Assembly: GCA_030950195.1 (NCBI GenBank)
Contig: JAUZRS010000175.1
Span: 1-41,769, forward strand
DNA length: 41,769 nucleotides
Source of the DNA: Gammaproteobacteria bacterium
GTDB lineage: Bacteria; Pseudomonadota; Gammaproteobacteria; JAUZRS01
Reading direction: 5' to 3'
The position numbers were made by a program, and so were the translations under genes. Positions within the stretch are counted from its first letter, which is position 1, and each line of letters starts with the position of its first letter. Below, piece after piece: positions 18,478 through 28,442 of this stretch. Below the pieces are notes generated by a model, which had not been told where the DNA came from, ran no database searches, and was given only the letters and a program-made list of their open reading frames with translations.

Positions 18478-18503
18478 AGGGCAGAAATGGATTCTACCCC
18501 TAC
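18478..18503 (-). repeat. REP-like palindromic unit, inverted orientation
   Basis: The minus strand reads GTAGGGGTAGAATCCATTTCTGCCCT. It forms an inverted pair with 18393-18418, and its head matches the 28021 unit. Confidence 0.55.
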
Positions 18504-18530
18504 GAGCCAGGTGATTTATTATTTTTCCTA

Positions 18531-18554
18531 GCTCCCATGCTCTTGCGTGGGAGC
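18531..18554. repeat. Palindromic hairpin (10-bp stem, tetraloop)
   Basis: GCTCCCATGC-tctt-GCGTGGGAGC with one G-U position. No U-tract on either side, so it is not a canonical terminator. Confidence 0.5.
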
Positions 18555-18562
18555 CGGAGCAA

Positions 18563-18583
18563 GGCCGGAAAATGTTCCGCCCC
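18563..18583. repeat. Imperfect REP-like palindrome
   Basis: GGCCGGAAAATGTTCCGCCCC. The arms CCGGAA/TTCCG(C) resemble the GGGCGGA..TCCGCCC core of the other units. Confidence 0.35.
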
Positions 18584-18595
18584 TAGCGTTTTTGT

Positions 18596-21430
18596 TCAGT
18601 GTGTAACATTCGTTAATGCCTGCATAATCTGCTGTTTTAACTCCTGAACCGCCCGAACCTGTTGCCGAAACGGTGGCAAAGCATTGATGTTATCCAGTGC
18701 TTTTTGGTAGGTCTGTTGCGCTGCTTCAATTTGTTTATCCTGCTGTAATAATTCTCCACGTTTTAACATCCACAATGGGCTTTGGTGGAGTTGTTTAGGC
18801 AATTTATCCAGATAACCTATGGCCTGTTTATACTCTTTTTGTCGTTGGGCGACATCAATGGCCATTTTAATAAATCCGACCAAAGCACCGACTTCGCTCA
18901 TGGCACGCTCAAGCCCCTTGAGAGCCTGTTTATCTTTGCCGGTTTGAATTAACAGTTCCGCTCGTTCCAAATGCCACGCCGCTCTTTTGGGTTGCTGTTT
19001 GAGTGCTTGATCAAAATCATTTAGCGCCGCATTCGTCTGTTTGAGCGCGAGAAAGGTTCGTGCTCGATAAAGATAGGCGGTGGCATTTTGCGGCTGCCGT
19101 TGAATGGCTTGATCGAGATCCGTTTTGGCCTGTGAGTAGTGACCCGCGTGCAGATGGGTGTTGCCGAGCAGCAGAGGCAGTTGTGCGCTGTGTGGATCAA
19201 GTTGTTGCACGATTGTGTAGTCTTTCAGGGCAAGCGACCAATTTTGATGTTGGTGGTGCAGTTCTGCCCGTTGCAGGTAGAGTTGGGCGTTTTTGGGTTG
19301 CTGTTGAATCTGTTCATTGACGATGTTCAGGCTGCGTTGAATGTCGGCGTGGCTCCAGACGGGTGAAGAGGCAAGGCAGACGAGGCAGAGTAATACGCTT
19401 GATTTTTTTTTAAGGCGAACCAACCCAAACAGCAACACGCCATAAAACGACAGCTCACCACCGCCACCCGATGTCGTTGTCACCGTTGTCGTGGTTGGAG
19501 CCGTGCTGTTTGGAGGTGCGGTGCCTGTTCCCGTAGAGACGGCATCAGCGGTGCTGACGCTTGTATTCTCACTGCCCAAAACCGTGCCGTTGCCATCCAA
19601 AACGATCAATTGATAACGGTATTCTGTATTGGCTAACAGGCCGCTGTCTTGGTAGCTGCTGCTGAGGTCACTGGCGAGAATATTGATCAGGTGCTGGTCA
19701 TTACGGGTGATTCGATAGAGAAAGGCATTTGGATCATTAAGCGGCTGCCAGCGGAGGGTGATTTCATTGGCGGCGTTGACCTCGGCTTGCAGATTGAGGC
19801 TCGGCGGGGGGGTGTTTTGGCTCTGAGTAAAGATCAGACTTTGGCTGCTGGCCAGCATGACATTACCGGCGCTGTCGCTCAGACCCGCCACGGTCAAGGT
19901 GAGCGGCAGATTGCTGGGCAGAGTGGAGGTGGTTAAGGTGATGCTGCTGTTATTGAAATTGACCGCGTTCACAGAGACCCCATCGCTGAGTACAAACTGG
20001 CCGAGGTTAACGCTGACGGGGGGTTCCGAGAGGCTGAGCTGGACGGTGGTGGCGTTGATGACTTGGGCGGACAGCAGTTCTGGTGGGGTGCTATCCAGCC
20101 CTTTTTGAATGCGAAAATGGTCACTGACTTGATGGTCTTTGTTGAGGAACTGGACGTTCATTTGGTTGGCATTGACATCCAAAATCACTGAACCGTATTC
20201 AATTTTGCTGCGGTACATCACCGGATGAACGTCGCCGTTCATAAAGGCCGTTTCCGCATCGGCATCAATTTGGCTGGAGGAGCCGCTGACCACATAAACC
20301 GCACCCTGATTGGCTCCGGCGGCTTTGAGGTACGCGCCGTTGCTGAGGGGTTTGCCGTCACCGCCGTCTTTGAGTTGGGTGGTGCGGTTAAAGGTGCTGG
20401 AGTCGCCGTAGTGTTGATCAATCAAGTAGGAGCGTTCGTAGGAGTGGCTGTGGCCGCTGAGCACCAGATCAACGCCGTAGCTCTCCAGCAGGGGCAGGAA
20501 GTTTTCTCGCATCTGTACCAATTTGCCCTCGCGGCTGCGGTCGTCGGAGTTGTGGCTGCCTTTGCTGTAGGGCGGATGATGCCAATAGGCGACGATCCAG
20601 TCGGCGCTGCTGGTGGCCAAGTCGCTCTCCAACCAGCTGTACATCAAGCCCGTGGTGTCGCGGTTGCTTTCCATTGAGTCGAGGCAGATAAAATGCACGT
20701 TGGCGTAATCGAAAGAGTAATACAGCTCCGTGCCGCTGCTGTCGCTGGGCAGAGAAAAGATGTCTCGATAAACGCTGATGTTGCCGTTGCGCACGTCGTG
20801 ATTGCCCATGGAAGGCCAGAGCGGCGCACGGCTGAGGATGCTTTCGTATTTGGAAAACAGCGCGTCTTGATAGGCTTCATCGCTGCCGTCACTGCTGCCC
20901 AGACGGCGGTTGGCGTAGGCGTTGTCTCCCAGCAGCAAGATCAGGTTGGCTTGCTGGTTGTCGCTGATCTCTTTGGCGTAAAAGCTGTCCCGCACCGCTC
21001 GTGCGCCGCCGTCGTTGATGCCTGAATCCCCCAGCACCCAGATGCGGCTGCTTTTGCTGCTGCCGTTGTTGGGTGGGGTATCAAAATGATGCACGCTGCC
21101 TGTGGCGCTGGCCAGTGGCGTGCCGTTTTCACCGACGCTGTAATAATAACGGCTGTTGGCGCTGAGGTTGGTGAGGCTCACTTCGTGATCCAAGGCCAAG
21201 GCGTTGGAGGCGCTGGCGGTTAGATTGAGGTTGTTGGCCGTCAGACCGTAGGAGACTTCACCGAGGCTAAGTTGATCGGTGCGCCAGCGGACGGTGATGC
21301 TGTTGGGGGTGGCCATCTGCAGGTAGGGTGCTCGGCTCAGAGCCAGTGCGTGAACGGCGTTGTTCAGGCTGCTCAATAGGGTGATAAAAATCAAGGCAGT
21401 GAGTGTGGTTTTGAGCTTGGATAAATCCAT
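18596..21430 (-). CDS. Secreted purple-acid-phosphatase-like metallophosphoesterase with Ig/FN3-like domains, fused in frame to a TPR module
   Basis: Signal peptide, then the PAP N-domain (APYLQMATPNSITVRWRTD). The five PAP metal motifs are present: GDSG, GDNAY, GNHD, WHHPPYS, GHSHSYER. Ig/FN3-like repeats follow. The tail SGGGGELSFYGVLLFGLVRLKKK comes next, then SSVLLCLVCLASSPVWSHA and about 250 aa of TPR-like repeats. Confidence 0.72.
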   Translation of the reverse strand: MDLSKLKTTLTALIFITLLSSLNNAVHALALSRAPYLQMATPNSITVRWRTDQLSLGEVSYGLTANNLNLTASASNALALDHEVSLTNLSANSRYYYSVGENGTPLASATGSVHHFDTPPNNGSSKSSRIWVLGDSGINDGGARAVRDSFYAKEISDNQQANLILLLGDNAYANRRLGSSDGSDEAYQDALFSKYESILSRAPLWPSMGNHDVRNGNISVYRDIFSLPSDSSGTELYYSFDYANVHFICLDSMESNRDTTGLMYSWLESDLATSSADWIVAYWHHPPYSKGSHNSDDRSREGKLVQMRENFLPLLESYGVDLVLSGHSHSYERSYLIDQHYGDSSTFNRTTQLKDGGDGKPLSNGAYLKAAGANQGAVYVVSGSSSQIDADAETAFMNGDVHPVMYRSKIEYGSVILDVNANQMNVQFLNKDHQVSDHFRIQKGLDSTPPELLSAQVINATTVQLSLSEPPVSVNLGQFVLSDGVSVNAVNFNNSSITLTTSTLPSNLPLTLTVAGLSDSAGNVMLASSQSLIFTQSQNTPPPSLNLQAEVNAANEITLRWQPLNDPNAFLYRITRNDQHLINILASDLSSSYQDSGLLANTEYRYQLIVLDGNGTVLGSENTSVSTADAVSTGTGTAPPNSTAPTTTTVTTTSGGGGELSFYGVLLFGLVRLKKKSSVLLCLVCLASSPVWSHADIQRSLNIVNEQIQQQPKNAQLYLQRAELHHQHQNWSLALKDYTIVQQLDPHSAQLPLLLGNTHLHAGHYSQAKTDLDQAIQRQPQNATAYLYRARTFLALKQTNAALNDFDQALKQQPKRAAWHLERAELLIQTGKDKQALKGLERAMSEVGALVGFIKMAIDVAQRQKEYKQAIGYLDKLPKQLHQSPLWMLKRGELLQQDKQIEAAQQTYQKALDNINALPPFRQQVRAVQELKQQIMQALTNVTH

Positions 21431-21544
21431 TTTTGTTGTCCTACTCTGGAGAGCAATTATTCTTAAATTAAACTTAAGCTGTTCAGAGTGAACCTTTTAG
21501 CAGAAAAAACCAGTGTTGATGGTTGAAAAAGAGACGAGCGTCGG

Positions 21545-21578
21545 AAATTTTCTGAGAAAGGTTTTTCTCAGAAAATTT
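21545..21578. promoter_or_regulatory. Perfect 15-bp inverted repeat (candidate operator) in the divergent intergenic region
   Basis: AAATTTTCTGAGAAA (21545-21559), spacer GGTT, then TTTCTCAGAAAATTT (21564-21578). It lies 62 nt upstream of the algC ATG and 115 nt upstream of the phosphatase ATG. Confidence 0.45.
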
Positions 21579-21639
21579 GTTATGATTCGCCAGCCTAAAA
21601 AACACCACTTTAATTGATCCCAACTCAGGATGCCGAATT

Positions 21640-23016
21640 ATGAACATTACCGCCTCCATGTTCCGTGCCTATGATATTCGTGGTGTGGTTACGGAAAGCC
21701 TGACTCCCGATGCGGTGCGTGCCATTGGCCGTGCCTTTGGCAGCGAGTGTTTGGTTAAAAATATATCGCAGGTGGTGGTGGCGCGTGACGGTCGGCTTTC
21801 GGGGCCGGCTCTGGTGGCGGCGTTGATTGAAGGTTTGGTGAGCACGGGCTGTGAGGTGATCGACATTGGTCAGCAGCCGACCCCTGTGCTGTATTACGCC
21901 ACCTATCAGCTTAAAACCGGCACCGGCATTGTGGTGACGGGCAGCCATAATCCACCCGATTACAACGGCTTGAAGATGATGATGGGCGGTGAAACACTGC
22001 ACGGCGAAATGATTCAGCGTGTGCTGCACCGGATTGAAAAGGACGATTATCATCAAGGCCAAGGTTCACAGCGACAGCTGGATCTTGAGAGTGATTACTT
22101 GCAACGGATTGTAGGTGACGTGAATTTGAGCCGCCCGTTGAAGGTCGCAGTGGATTGTGGCAACGGCGTGGCCGGTGAGCTGGCTCCTAAGTTACTGCGC
22201 GCTTTGGGCTGTGAGGTGGAGGAGTTGTACTGTGAGATTGACGGTACCTTTCCCAATCATCACCCCGATCCGAGCAAATTGGAAAACCTGCAAGAGTTGA
22301 TTGAGAGGGTGGCTAACAAGGGGTTGGATCTGGGTTTGGCCTTTGACGGTGATGGTGATCGTGTCGGGGTGATCGACAGTGACGGTCATGTGATCTGGCC
22401 GGATCGGCAGATGATGCTCTACGCTCGTGATGTGCTCAGCCGTCATCCGGGGGGGCGCATTGTTTATGATGTGAAATGTTCCAGCCATTTGGCCAGCGAG
22501 ATTGAGGCAGCAGGAGGTGTGGCGGATATGTGGAAAACCGGTCACTCCTTGATGAAAGCGCGTATTCAGGAGACCGGTGCGCTGCTCGGTGGTGAGATGA
22601 GCGGCCATATCTTTTTTAAGGAGCGTTGGTACGGGTTTGATGATGCCCTCTACGCGGCGGCACGTCTGTTGGAAATTTTGAGTCAGAGCAAGTTGAGCAG
22701 CGCGGAGTTGTTTGCCCAACTGCCCGACAGTCTGAACACCCCTGAGCTGAATGTGCATTTTGCCAATGAAGGCGATAATTTCCGTTTTATGGCGCAACTG
22801 ACAGAGCAGGTTGATTTTAGCGACGCTAACATCATTACTTTGGACGGTCTGCGGATTGAGTTTGCTGACGGTTGGGGTTTGGTACGCGCCTCCAATACCA
22901 CGCCGTCGTTGGTGATTCGTTTTGAAGCGGATCAGCAAGCGGCGTTGGATCGCATTCAAGGTCGTTTCCGTAGCGCCATGTTGGCCGTAGATGACACCTT
23001 ATCTCTCCCTTTTTAA
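21640..23016 (+). CDS. algC: Phosphomannomutase/phosphoglucomutase
   Basis: Contains FRAYDIRG, the active-site TGSHNPPDYNGLK, the Mg site FDGDGDR, and GEMSGH. Confidence 0.9.
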   Translation: MNITASMFRAYDIRGVVTESLTPDAVRAIGRAFGSECLVKNISQVVVARDGRLSGPALVAALIEGLVSTGCEVIDIGQQPTPVLYYATYQLKTGTGIVVTGSHNPPDYNGLKMMMGGETLHGEMIQRVLHRIEKDDYHQGQGSQRQLDLESDYLQRIVGDVNLSRPLKVAVDCGNGVAGELAPKLLRALGCEVEELYCEIDGTFPNHHPDPSKLENLQELIERVANKGLDLGLAFDGDGDRVGVIDSDGHVIWPDRQMMLYARDVLSRHPGGRIVYDVKCSSHLASEIEAAGGVADMWKTGHSLMKARIQETGALLGGEMSGHIFFKERWYGFDDALYAAARLLEILSQSKLSSAELFAQLPDSLNTPELNVHFANEGDNFRFMAQLTEQVDFSDANIITLDGLRIEFADGWGLVRASNTTPSLVIRFEADQQAALDRIQGRFRSAMLAVDDTLSLPF

Positions 23017-23922
<906 letters not shown>

Positions 23923-23938
23923 CGCGGTTGTGAATTGT

Positions 23939-24565
23939 TTAAGGGGCAGCAGGATTGGCTTGCAGCTCTCGAAAACGCAGCAGATCGCGGTCAAATTTGC
24001 GTGCTAAATTATTGTGTTCGTGCTGTTTTTCGCTCAAAGCTTGCTCTAGTTTGCTCTGTTGTTTTTCTAAGTGAGCTTGCTGTTTGAGCAGGTGTTGGGT
24101 GCTCTGCTTTTCGCGAACATCGAGGCGGATCAGCATTTTGCGCAGATCTTGTAATTGGCGTTCGATGCTGTCGAGGCGACGCTGATTGAGTTGAATGGTG
24201 CTGTCTATGGAATCCAAGCGGCCATTGCGTGCCAGCAGTAGATCCCGTTCGGTGGTGAAGGTGGTGAGCAGAATTTGATCGCTGCGGCGTTGCTGCTCTT
24301 GTCGGGCAAGCTGAATTTCATGGCGTTTTTTGGTCTCTTCTTTAGCGGCCAATTCAGCCGGAGTGGCGATGGCATTAATCTGTTTGATGGTCACCCCTTG
24401 AGAGTTGAGCACCGCATGTCGGCCTTGATTGGCGCGATTGTTCAGTATGTCGCCGTAGTGAATCACGCCGTTTTGATCGACCCACTTAAAGACCCGCTCA
24501 GGGGCAGCCTCGACCGTTGCCGTGAGCAAAACAAAAAGACAGGTCAGCAGGGACGTCTGTTTCAT
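23939..24565 (-). CDS. DUF4124 domain protein with coiled-coil C-terminus
   Basis: Signal peptide, then VFKWVDQNGVIHYGD, the hallmark of DUF4124. The remainder is Q/R/L-rich coiled coil. Confidence 0.65.
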   Translation of the reverse strand: MKQTSLLTCLFVLLTATVEAAPERVFKWVDQNGVIHYGDILNNRANQGRHAVLNSQGVTIKQINAIATPAELAAKEETKKRHEIQLARQEQQRRSDQILLTTFTTERDLLLARNGRLDSIDSTIQLNQRRLDSIERQLQDLRKMLIRLDVREKQSTQHLLKQQAHLEKQQSKLEQALSEKQHEHNNLARKFDRDLLRFRELQANPAAP

Positions 24566-24767
24566 TCCAGTCTCCTTTTGAGCAGGTTTGACATAAGCTT
24601 TGGATCTCTAAATCGGTTGAACGGTTCACTTCATTGTGATTCATTGAAGTAAAGTCTGTTTTTCCAATCAAGCACTTAGCAGACCAGACTTTGGCGTTGT
24701 TGTTAAAGTTCCGTTTATGAGGGCTCCACTTTACACTTTTTCATCGTAAAAATGACTAAAAAATCGG

Positions 24768-25412
24768 CTATTCGATGCCGTAGGATTGTCGATAGGCTGT
24801 GACGGCGGCCAAATGTTGCTGCAAAGCGTCACTTTTTTCTAGGTAACTCATCATATCGGCCAACTTAACGATACTGATAACCGGAATATTATACTGTTGC
24901 TCCACCTCTTGAATGGCCGATTGAGCACCTTGTCCGGTCTCTTGTCGATCCAGTGCAATCACCACACCTGTCAAGCTGGCTCCGGCCTGTTGAATAATGC
25001 TGACGGCTTCCCGAATGGCGGTGCCAGCGGTGATGACATCATCCACAATCAGTACCTTGCCTTCTAAGGGCGCACCCACCAAGCTGCCGCCTTCACCGTG
25101 GCTTTTGGCCTCTTTGCGATTGAAACAGTAGGCTTTATCTTGTTGGTGCTGGTCAAAGAGGGCGATGCTGGTGGCGGTGGCCAGCGGAATGCCTTTGTAG
25201 GCGGGGCCAAAGAGTAGATCGTATTCTAAGCCGTGATTCGTGATCGCTTGAGCGTAGAAGCGCCCCAATTTGGCCAGAGCCGCGCCACTTTTGAACAGTC
25301 CGGCATTGAAAAAATAGGGGCTGGTGCGTCCCGATTTGAGCTGAAACTGACCAAACTTCAACACCCCTTGTTGAATGGCGAAATCGAGAAACTGGCGTTG
25401 GAATTCTTGCAT
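24768..25412 (-). CDS. pyrE: Orotate phosphoribosyltransferase
   Basis: Start trimmed to [13 protein letters not shown] (ATG 25412). Contains [17 protein letters not shown] and the PRPP motif [13 protein letters not shown]. The 214 aa is the normal length. Confidence 0.93.
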   Translation of the reverse strand: MQEFQRQFLDFAIQQGVLKFGQFQLKSGRTSPYFFNAGLFKSGAALAKLGRFYAQAITNHGLEYDLLFGPAYKGIPLATATSIALFDQHQQDKAYCFNRKEAKSHGEGGSLVGAPLEGKVLIVDDVITAGTAIREAVSIIQQAGASLTGVVIALDRQETGQGAQSAIQEVEQQYNIPVISIVKLADMMSYLEKSDALQQHLAAVTAYRQSYGIE

Positions 25413-25516
25413 GGGTTGACCCTTTCGGCGATGGCTAAAAACTCGGGTATGATACACGCCTGTTTGAGCAGGGCGAAGCCTAGGTTATGAACTCAATGAA
25501 TCCCGGTAATGACCAC

Positions 25517-26890
25517 ATGTCGTGGTGGCAAAATCTGCGTGCCTATAAAAACCCTCGCGCTGTGGCGCTGCTCTGTTTGGGGTTTTCCAGTGGTTTGCCG
25601 ATTTTGCTGGTCTTTGGTACGTTTTCTTTCTGGTTACGCGAGGCGGGTGTGGCGCGTTCCAGCATCGGTTTTATCAGCTGGGTGGCGTTGGCCTATGGTT
25701 TTAAATGGCTCTGGTCGCCGCTGGTGGATCGGCTCTCTGTGCCGCTACTGACGCGCTGGCTGGGTCGTCGTCGTGCGTGGTTGTTGTTGACCCAAGTGGT
25801 GCTGTTGTTTTTGATTCTCTCAATGGCGTTGACCGATCCGCTGTTGAATCTGGAGTTGCTGGTTTGGCTGGCGCTGTTGACCGCCTTTTTCTCGGCGACG
25901 CAAGACATTGTTATTGATGCCTATCGCATTGAGTCCTCCGATGAGCGTCTGCAAGGGGTGTTGGCTTCGACCTATATGATCGGTTATCGCCTTGCGATGA
26001 TCTTTGCTTCAGCGGGGGTGCTGTGGATTGCGGCCTATTTTGACCCCGATGAGAGCAGCTACCAACGGCTGCCGTGGACGATGGCTTATGGGTGCATGGC
26101 GCTGTTGATGGGGGTTGGTATTGTCACCACTTTGTTGATTGCCGAGCCGGAAAAACCCGTTGATCAGGCGGTGCAGCAGCGGGAAGCGGAGAACGCGCAG
26201 AAAGTCGCTCATTGGCGTTTTTTGCCGCCTTGTGTGCGGCGTTTTGTTGTGCTTTTTTGGAATGCGGTGATTAACCCCTTTGTGGATTTTATTGCTCGTT
26301 ACCGTTGGCAGGCACTGCTGATTTTGGCGCTGATCGCCAGCTACCGCATGGCGGATATTGTCTTGGGGGTGATGGCGAATGTTTTTTATGTCGATATGGG
26401 CTTTAGCAAGCAGGAGGTGGCCAACGTCACCAAGGTGTTTGGTATTATTATGACCTTGCTGGGGGCGGTACTTGGTGGGCTGTTGGTGAACCGTTATCGG
26501 GTCATGCCGATCCTCTTTTTGGGCGCGCTGTTGACCGCCAGCACCAACCTGCTGTTTGCCTTGTTGGCGGGCATGGGCAACAACATTAATATGCTGATGT
26601 TGGTGGTCTCGGTGGACAACCTCAGCGCGGGGTTGGCGACGGCGGCCTTTGTGGCTTATCTCTCCAGTTTGACCAACGTCTCTTATTCCGCCACGCAGTA
26701 CGCCCTGTTTAGCTCGATGATGTTGTTGTTGCCCAAATTTATGGGCGGCTTTTCGGGCGTGCTGGTGGACGAGGTTAATTATCAGGTTTTCTTTTTAATT
26801 ACGGCGGCGCTGGGTCTGCCTGCGCTGCTGTTGGTTTGGTTGGCGGCGCGTTGGGTGCCAGAGTCTAAAATAAAGCGAGAAGCATTATGA
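25517..26890 (+). CDS. ampG: AmpG-family muropeptide MFS permease
   Basis: LGFSSGLPILLVFGTFSFWLREAGV matches the E. coli AmpG N-terminus. I chose the ATG at 25517 by length alignment to E. coli AmpG; the ATG at 25487 remains possible. The protein is multi-TM throughout. Confidence 0.82.
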   Translation: MSWWQNLRAYKNPRAVALLCLGFSSGLPILLVFGTFSFWLREAGVARSSIGFISWVALAYGFKWLWSPLVDRLSVPLLTRWLGRRRAWLLLTQVVLLFLILSMALTDPLLNLELLVWLALLTAFFSATQDIVIDAYRIESSDERLQGVLASTYMIGYRLAMIFASAGVLWIAAYFDPDESSYQRLPWTMAYGCMALLMGVGIVTTLLIAEPEKPVDQAVQQREAENAQKVAHWRFLPPCVRRFVVLFWNAVINPFVDFIARYRWQALLILALIASYRMADIVLGVMANVFYVDMGFSKQEVANVTKVFGIIMTLLGAVLGGLLVNRYRVMPILFLGALLTASTNLLFALLAGMGNNINMLMLVVSVDNLSAGLATAAFVAYLSSLTNVSYSATQYALFSSMMLLLPKFMGGFSGVLVDEVNYQVFFLITAALGLPALLLVWLAARWVPESKIKREAL

Positions 26891-27972
26891 GCGCATATCA
26901 AGGTGAGACGAATTATCAACACGGCCAAACGGAGCCATTGGGGGTCTTGTTGGTCAATTTGGGGACACCCGATGCGCCAACGAAAAAAGCCTTGCAGGCG
27001 TATTTGGGCGAGTTTTTAGCCGATCCGAGGGTGGTGGAGCTGTCGCGTCTGATTTGGTTGCCGATTCTGCACGGGGTGATTCTGCGCTTTCGTCCCAATC
27101 GTTCCGCTAAGGTCTATGCCAAGGTCTGGAGTGAGGCCGGTTCACCGCTGTTGGCGATTTCAAAACGGCAGACAGAGGCGTTGCAAAAGCAGCTCAGTGC
27201 GTCTTTAGAGGCTCCGGTGAAGGTGCAGTTGGCGATGCGTTACGGCAACCCTTCGATCAAAGCGGGTCTGCAGGCGCTGCAAGAGGCCAATGTGCGCCGA
27301 GTGCTGATTTTGCCGCTTTATCCGCAATATTCGGCCACCACCACCGCTTCGGTGTTTGATGGCGTTGCCAAGGTGCTGCAAAAACAGCGTTGGATCCCAG
27401 AGCTGCGCTTTATCAATCAGTACTTTCAGCAACCGGCGTACATCAAGGCCTTGGCGGATTCCGTGCGTCAGCAGTGGGCGGAGCGGGGGCAGGGGGATAA
27501 GTTGCTGCTCTCTTTTCACGGCATCCCGAAAAAGATGCACTTGGCCGGTGATCCCTATTATTGCCACTGTCAGGCAACGGGGCATCTGTTGGCGCAGGAG
27601 CTGGGTTTGCAGCCAGAGCAGTGGCAGTTGGTGTTTCAGTCTCGTTTTGGGCGTGAGGAGTGGCTCAAACCCTACGCCAGTTTGCGTTTACAGGAGCTGG
27701 CCAAAGAGGGGGTGAAAACCGTCGATGTGGTCTGCCCTGGGTTTTCAGCGGATTGTTTGGAGACCTTGGAAGAGATCGCGATGGAGAACCGCGAGCTCTT
27801 TATCGAAGCCGGTGGTGAGGATCTGCGTTACATTCCAGCCTTGAATGATCGTCCTGAGCACATTGAATTTTTGGCTGAGTTGGTTGAGAGCAATATGGCG
27901 GGTTGGTTGGATGTTCGCGGTGCTGAGGCGTTGCAGGGTGTGGCAGAGCGGGCTTTGGCGGATGGGGCGTGA
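26887..27972 (+). CDS. hemH: Ferrochelatase
   Basis: Contains LGVLLVNLGTPDAP, FLADPRVVE, LPLYPQYSATTT, LLLSFHGIP and CPGFSADCLETLEEI. It overlaps the ampG stop by 4 nt. Confidence 0.92.
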   Translation: MSAYQGETNYQHGQTEPLGVLLVNLGTPDAPTKKALQAYLGEFLADPRVVELSRLIWLPILHGVILRFRPNRSAKVYAKVWSEAGSPLLAISKRQTEALQKQLSASLEAPVKVQLAMRYGNPSIKAGLQALQEANVRRVLILPLYPQYSATTTASVFDGVAKVLQKQRWIPELRFINQYFQQPAYIKALADSVRQQWAERGQGDKLLLSFHGIPKKMHLAGDPYYCHCQATGHLLAQELGLQPEQWQLVFQSRFGREEWLKPYASLRLQELAKEGVKTVDVVCPGFSADCLETLEEIAMENRELFIEAGGEDLRYIPALNDRPEHIEFLAELVESNMAGWLDVRGAEALQGVAERALADGA

Positions 27973-27976
27973 CGTT

Positions 27977-28007
27977 GTTGGGTTACGGCCTGCGGCCTAA
28001 CGCCAAC
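27977..28007. repeat. Imperfect palindromic REP-like element after hemH
   Basis: GTTGGGTTACGGCC-tgc-GGCCTAACGCCAAC, a 14-nt-arm palindrome with 2-3 mismatches. Confidence 0.45.
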
Positions 28008-28020
28008 CTACGGTTCATCG

Positions 28021-28047
28021 GTAGGGGTAGAATATTTTCTACCCTAC
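28021..28047 (+). repeat. REP-like palindromic unit (GTAG-headed) overlapping the stop codon of the 28044-28403 gene
   Basis: GTAGGGGTAGAA-tatt-TTCTACCCTAC. It shares the GTAGGGGTAGAAT head with the minus-strand unit at 18478-18503. Confidence 0.6.
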
Positions 28048-28403
28048 AAATCCAAAAAAGGTGTGGTGGAAAAATAGGCGATCACGGCGGCTACCAGCAG
28101 GTAGATCAGCACTTTGATCGGTTCACGTAAAAAACGTTTTAAAAAGGTGTCATGCGTGCCTGCGGCTTTCTGTTCTTGATATTCGCGCTGAGCGTTTTCT
28201 TGGCGTTCTCTTTGGTATTTTGCAATCAAATGTTTCGCTCGCTCTAATTGAGTCTCTTCTTTGAGCCAGATGGCGGCCAGCGAGATGCCCCAACGTCCGG
28301 CGGTGGTTTCATAGAAATCAACCTGATGCTCTTCTAATAAGATGCGGACTTCATCGGCCTCATCCAGCGGGACGTTATTAAGTCTAAACAGTAAAGTGGC
28401 CAT
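28044..28403 (-). CDS. Small conserved hypothetical protein (DUF6164-like) with C-terminal TM
   Basis: MATLLFRLNNVPLDEADEVRILLEEHQVDFYETTAGRWGISLAAIWL matches my recollection of the DUF6164 family. The C-terminal hydrophobic segment is LIYLLVAAVIAYF. Confidence 0.5.
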   Translation of the reverse strand: MATLLFRLNNVPLDEADEVRILLEEHQVDFYETTAGRWGISLAAIWLKEETQLERAKHLIAKYQRERQENAQREYQEQKAAGTHDTFLKRFLREPIKVLIYLLVAAVIAYFSTTPFLDL

Positions 28404-28442
28404 GTTGTGTGGTTCTCTTTAATGGGTGTTGTCCATTAATCG

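Noticed and set aside
22192-22959. 255-aa minus-strand ORF
   Set aside because: It is antisense to algC, which has canonical phosphohexomutase motifs. It has no motifs or start context of its own.
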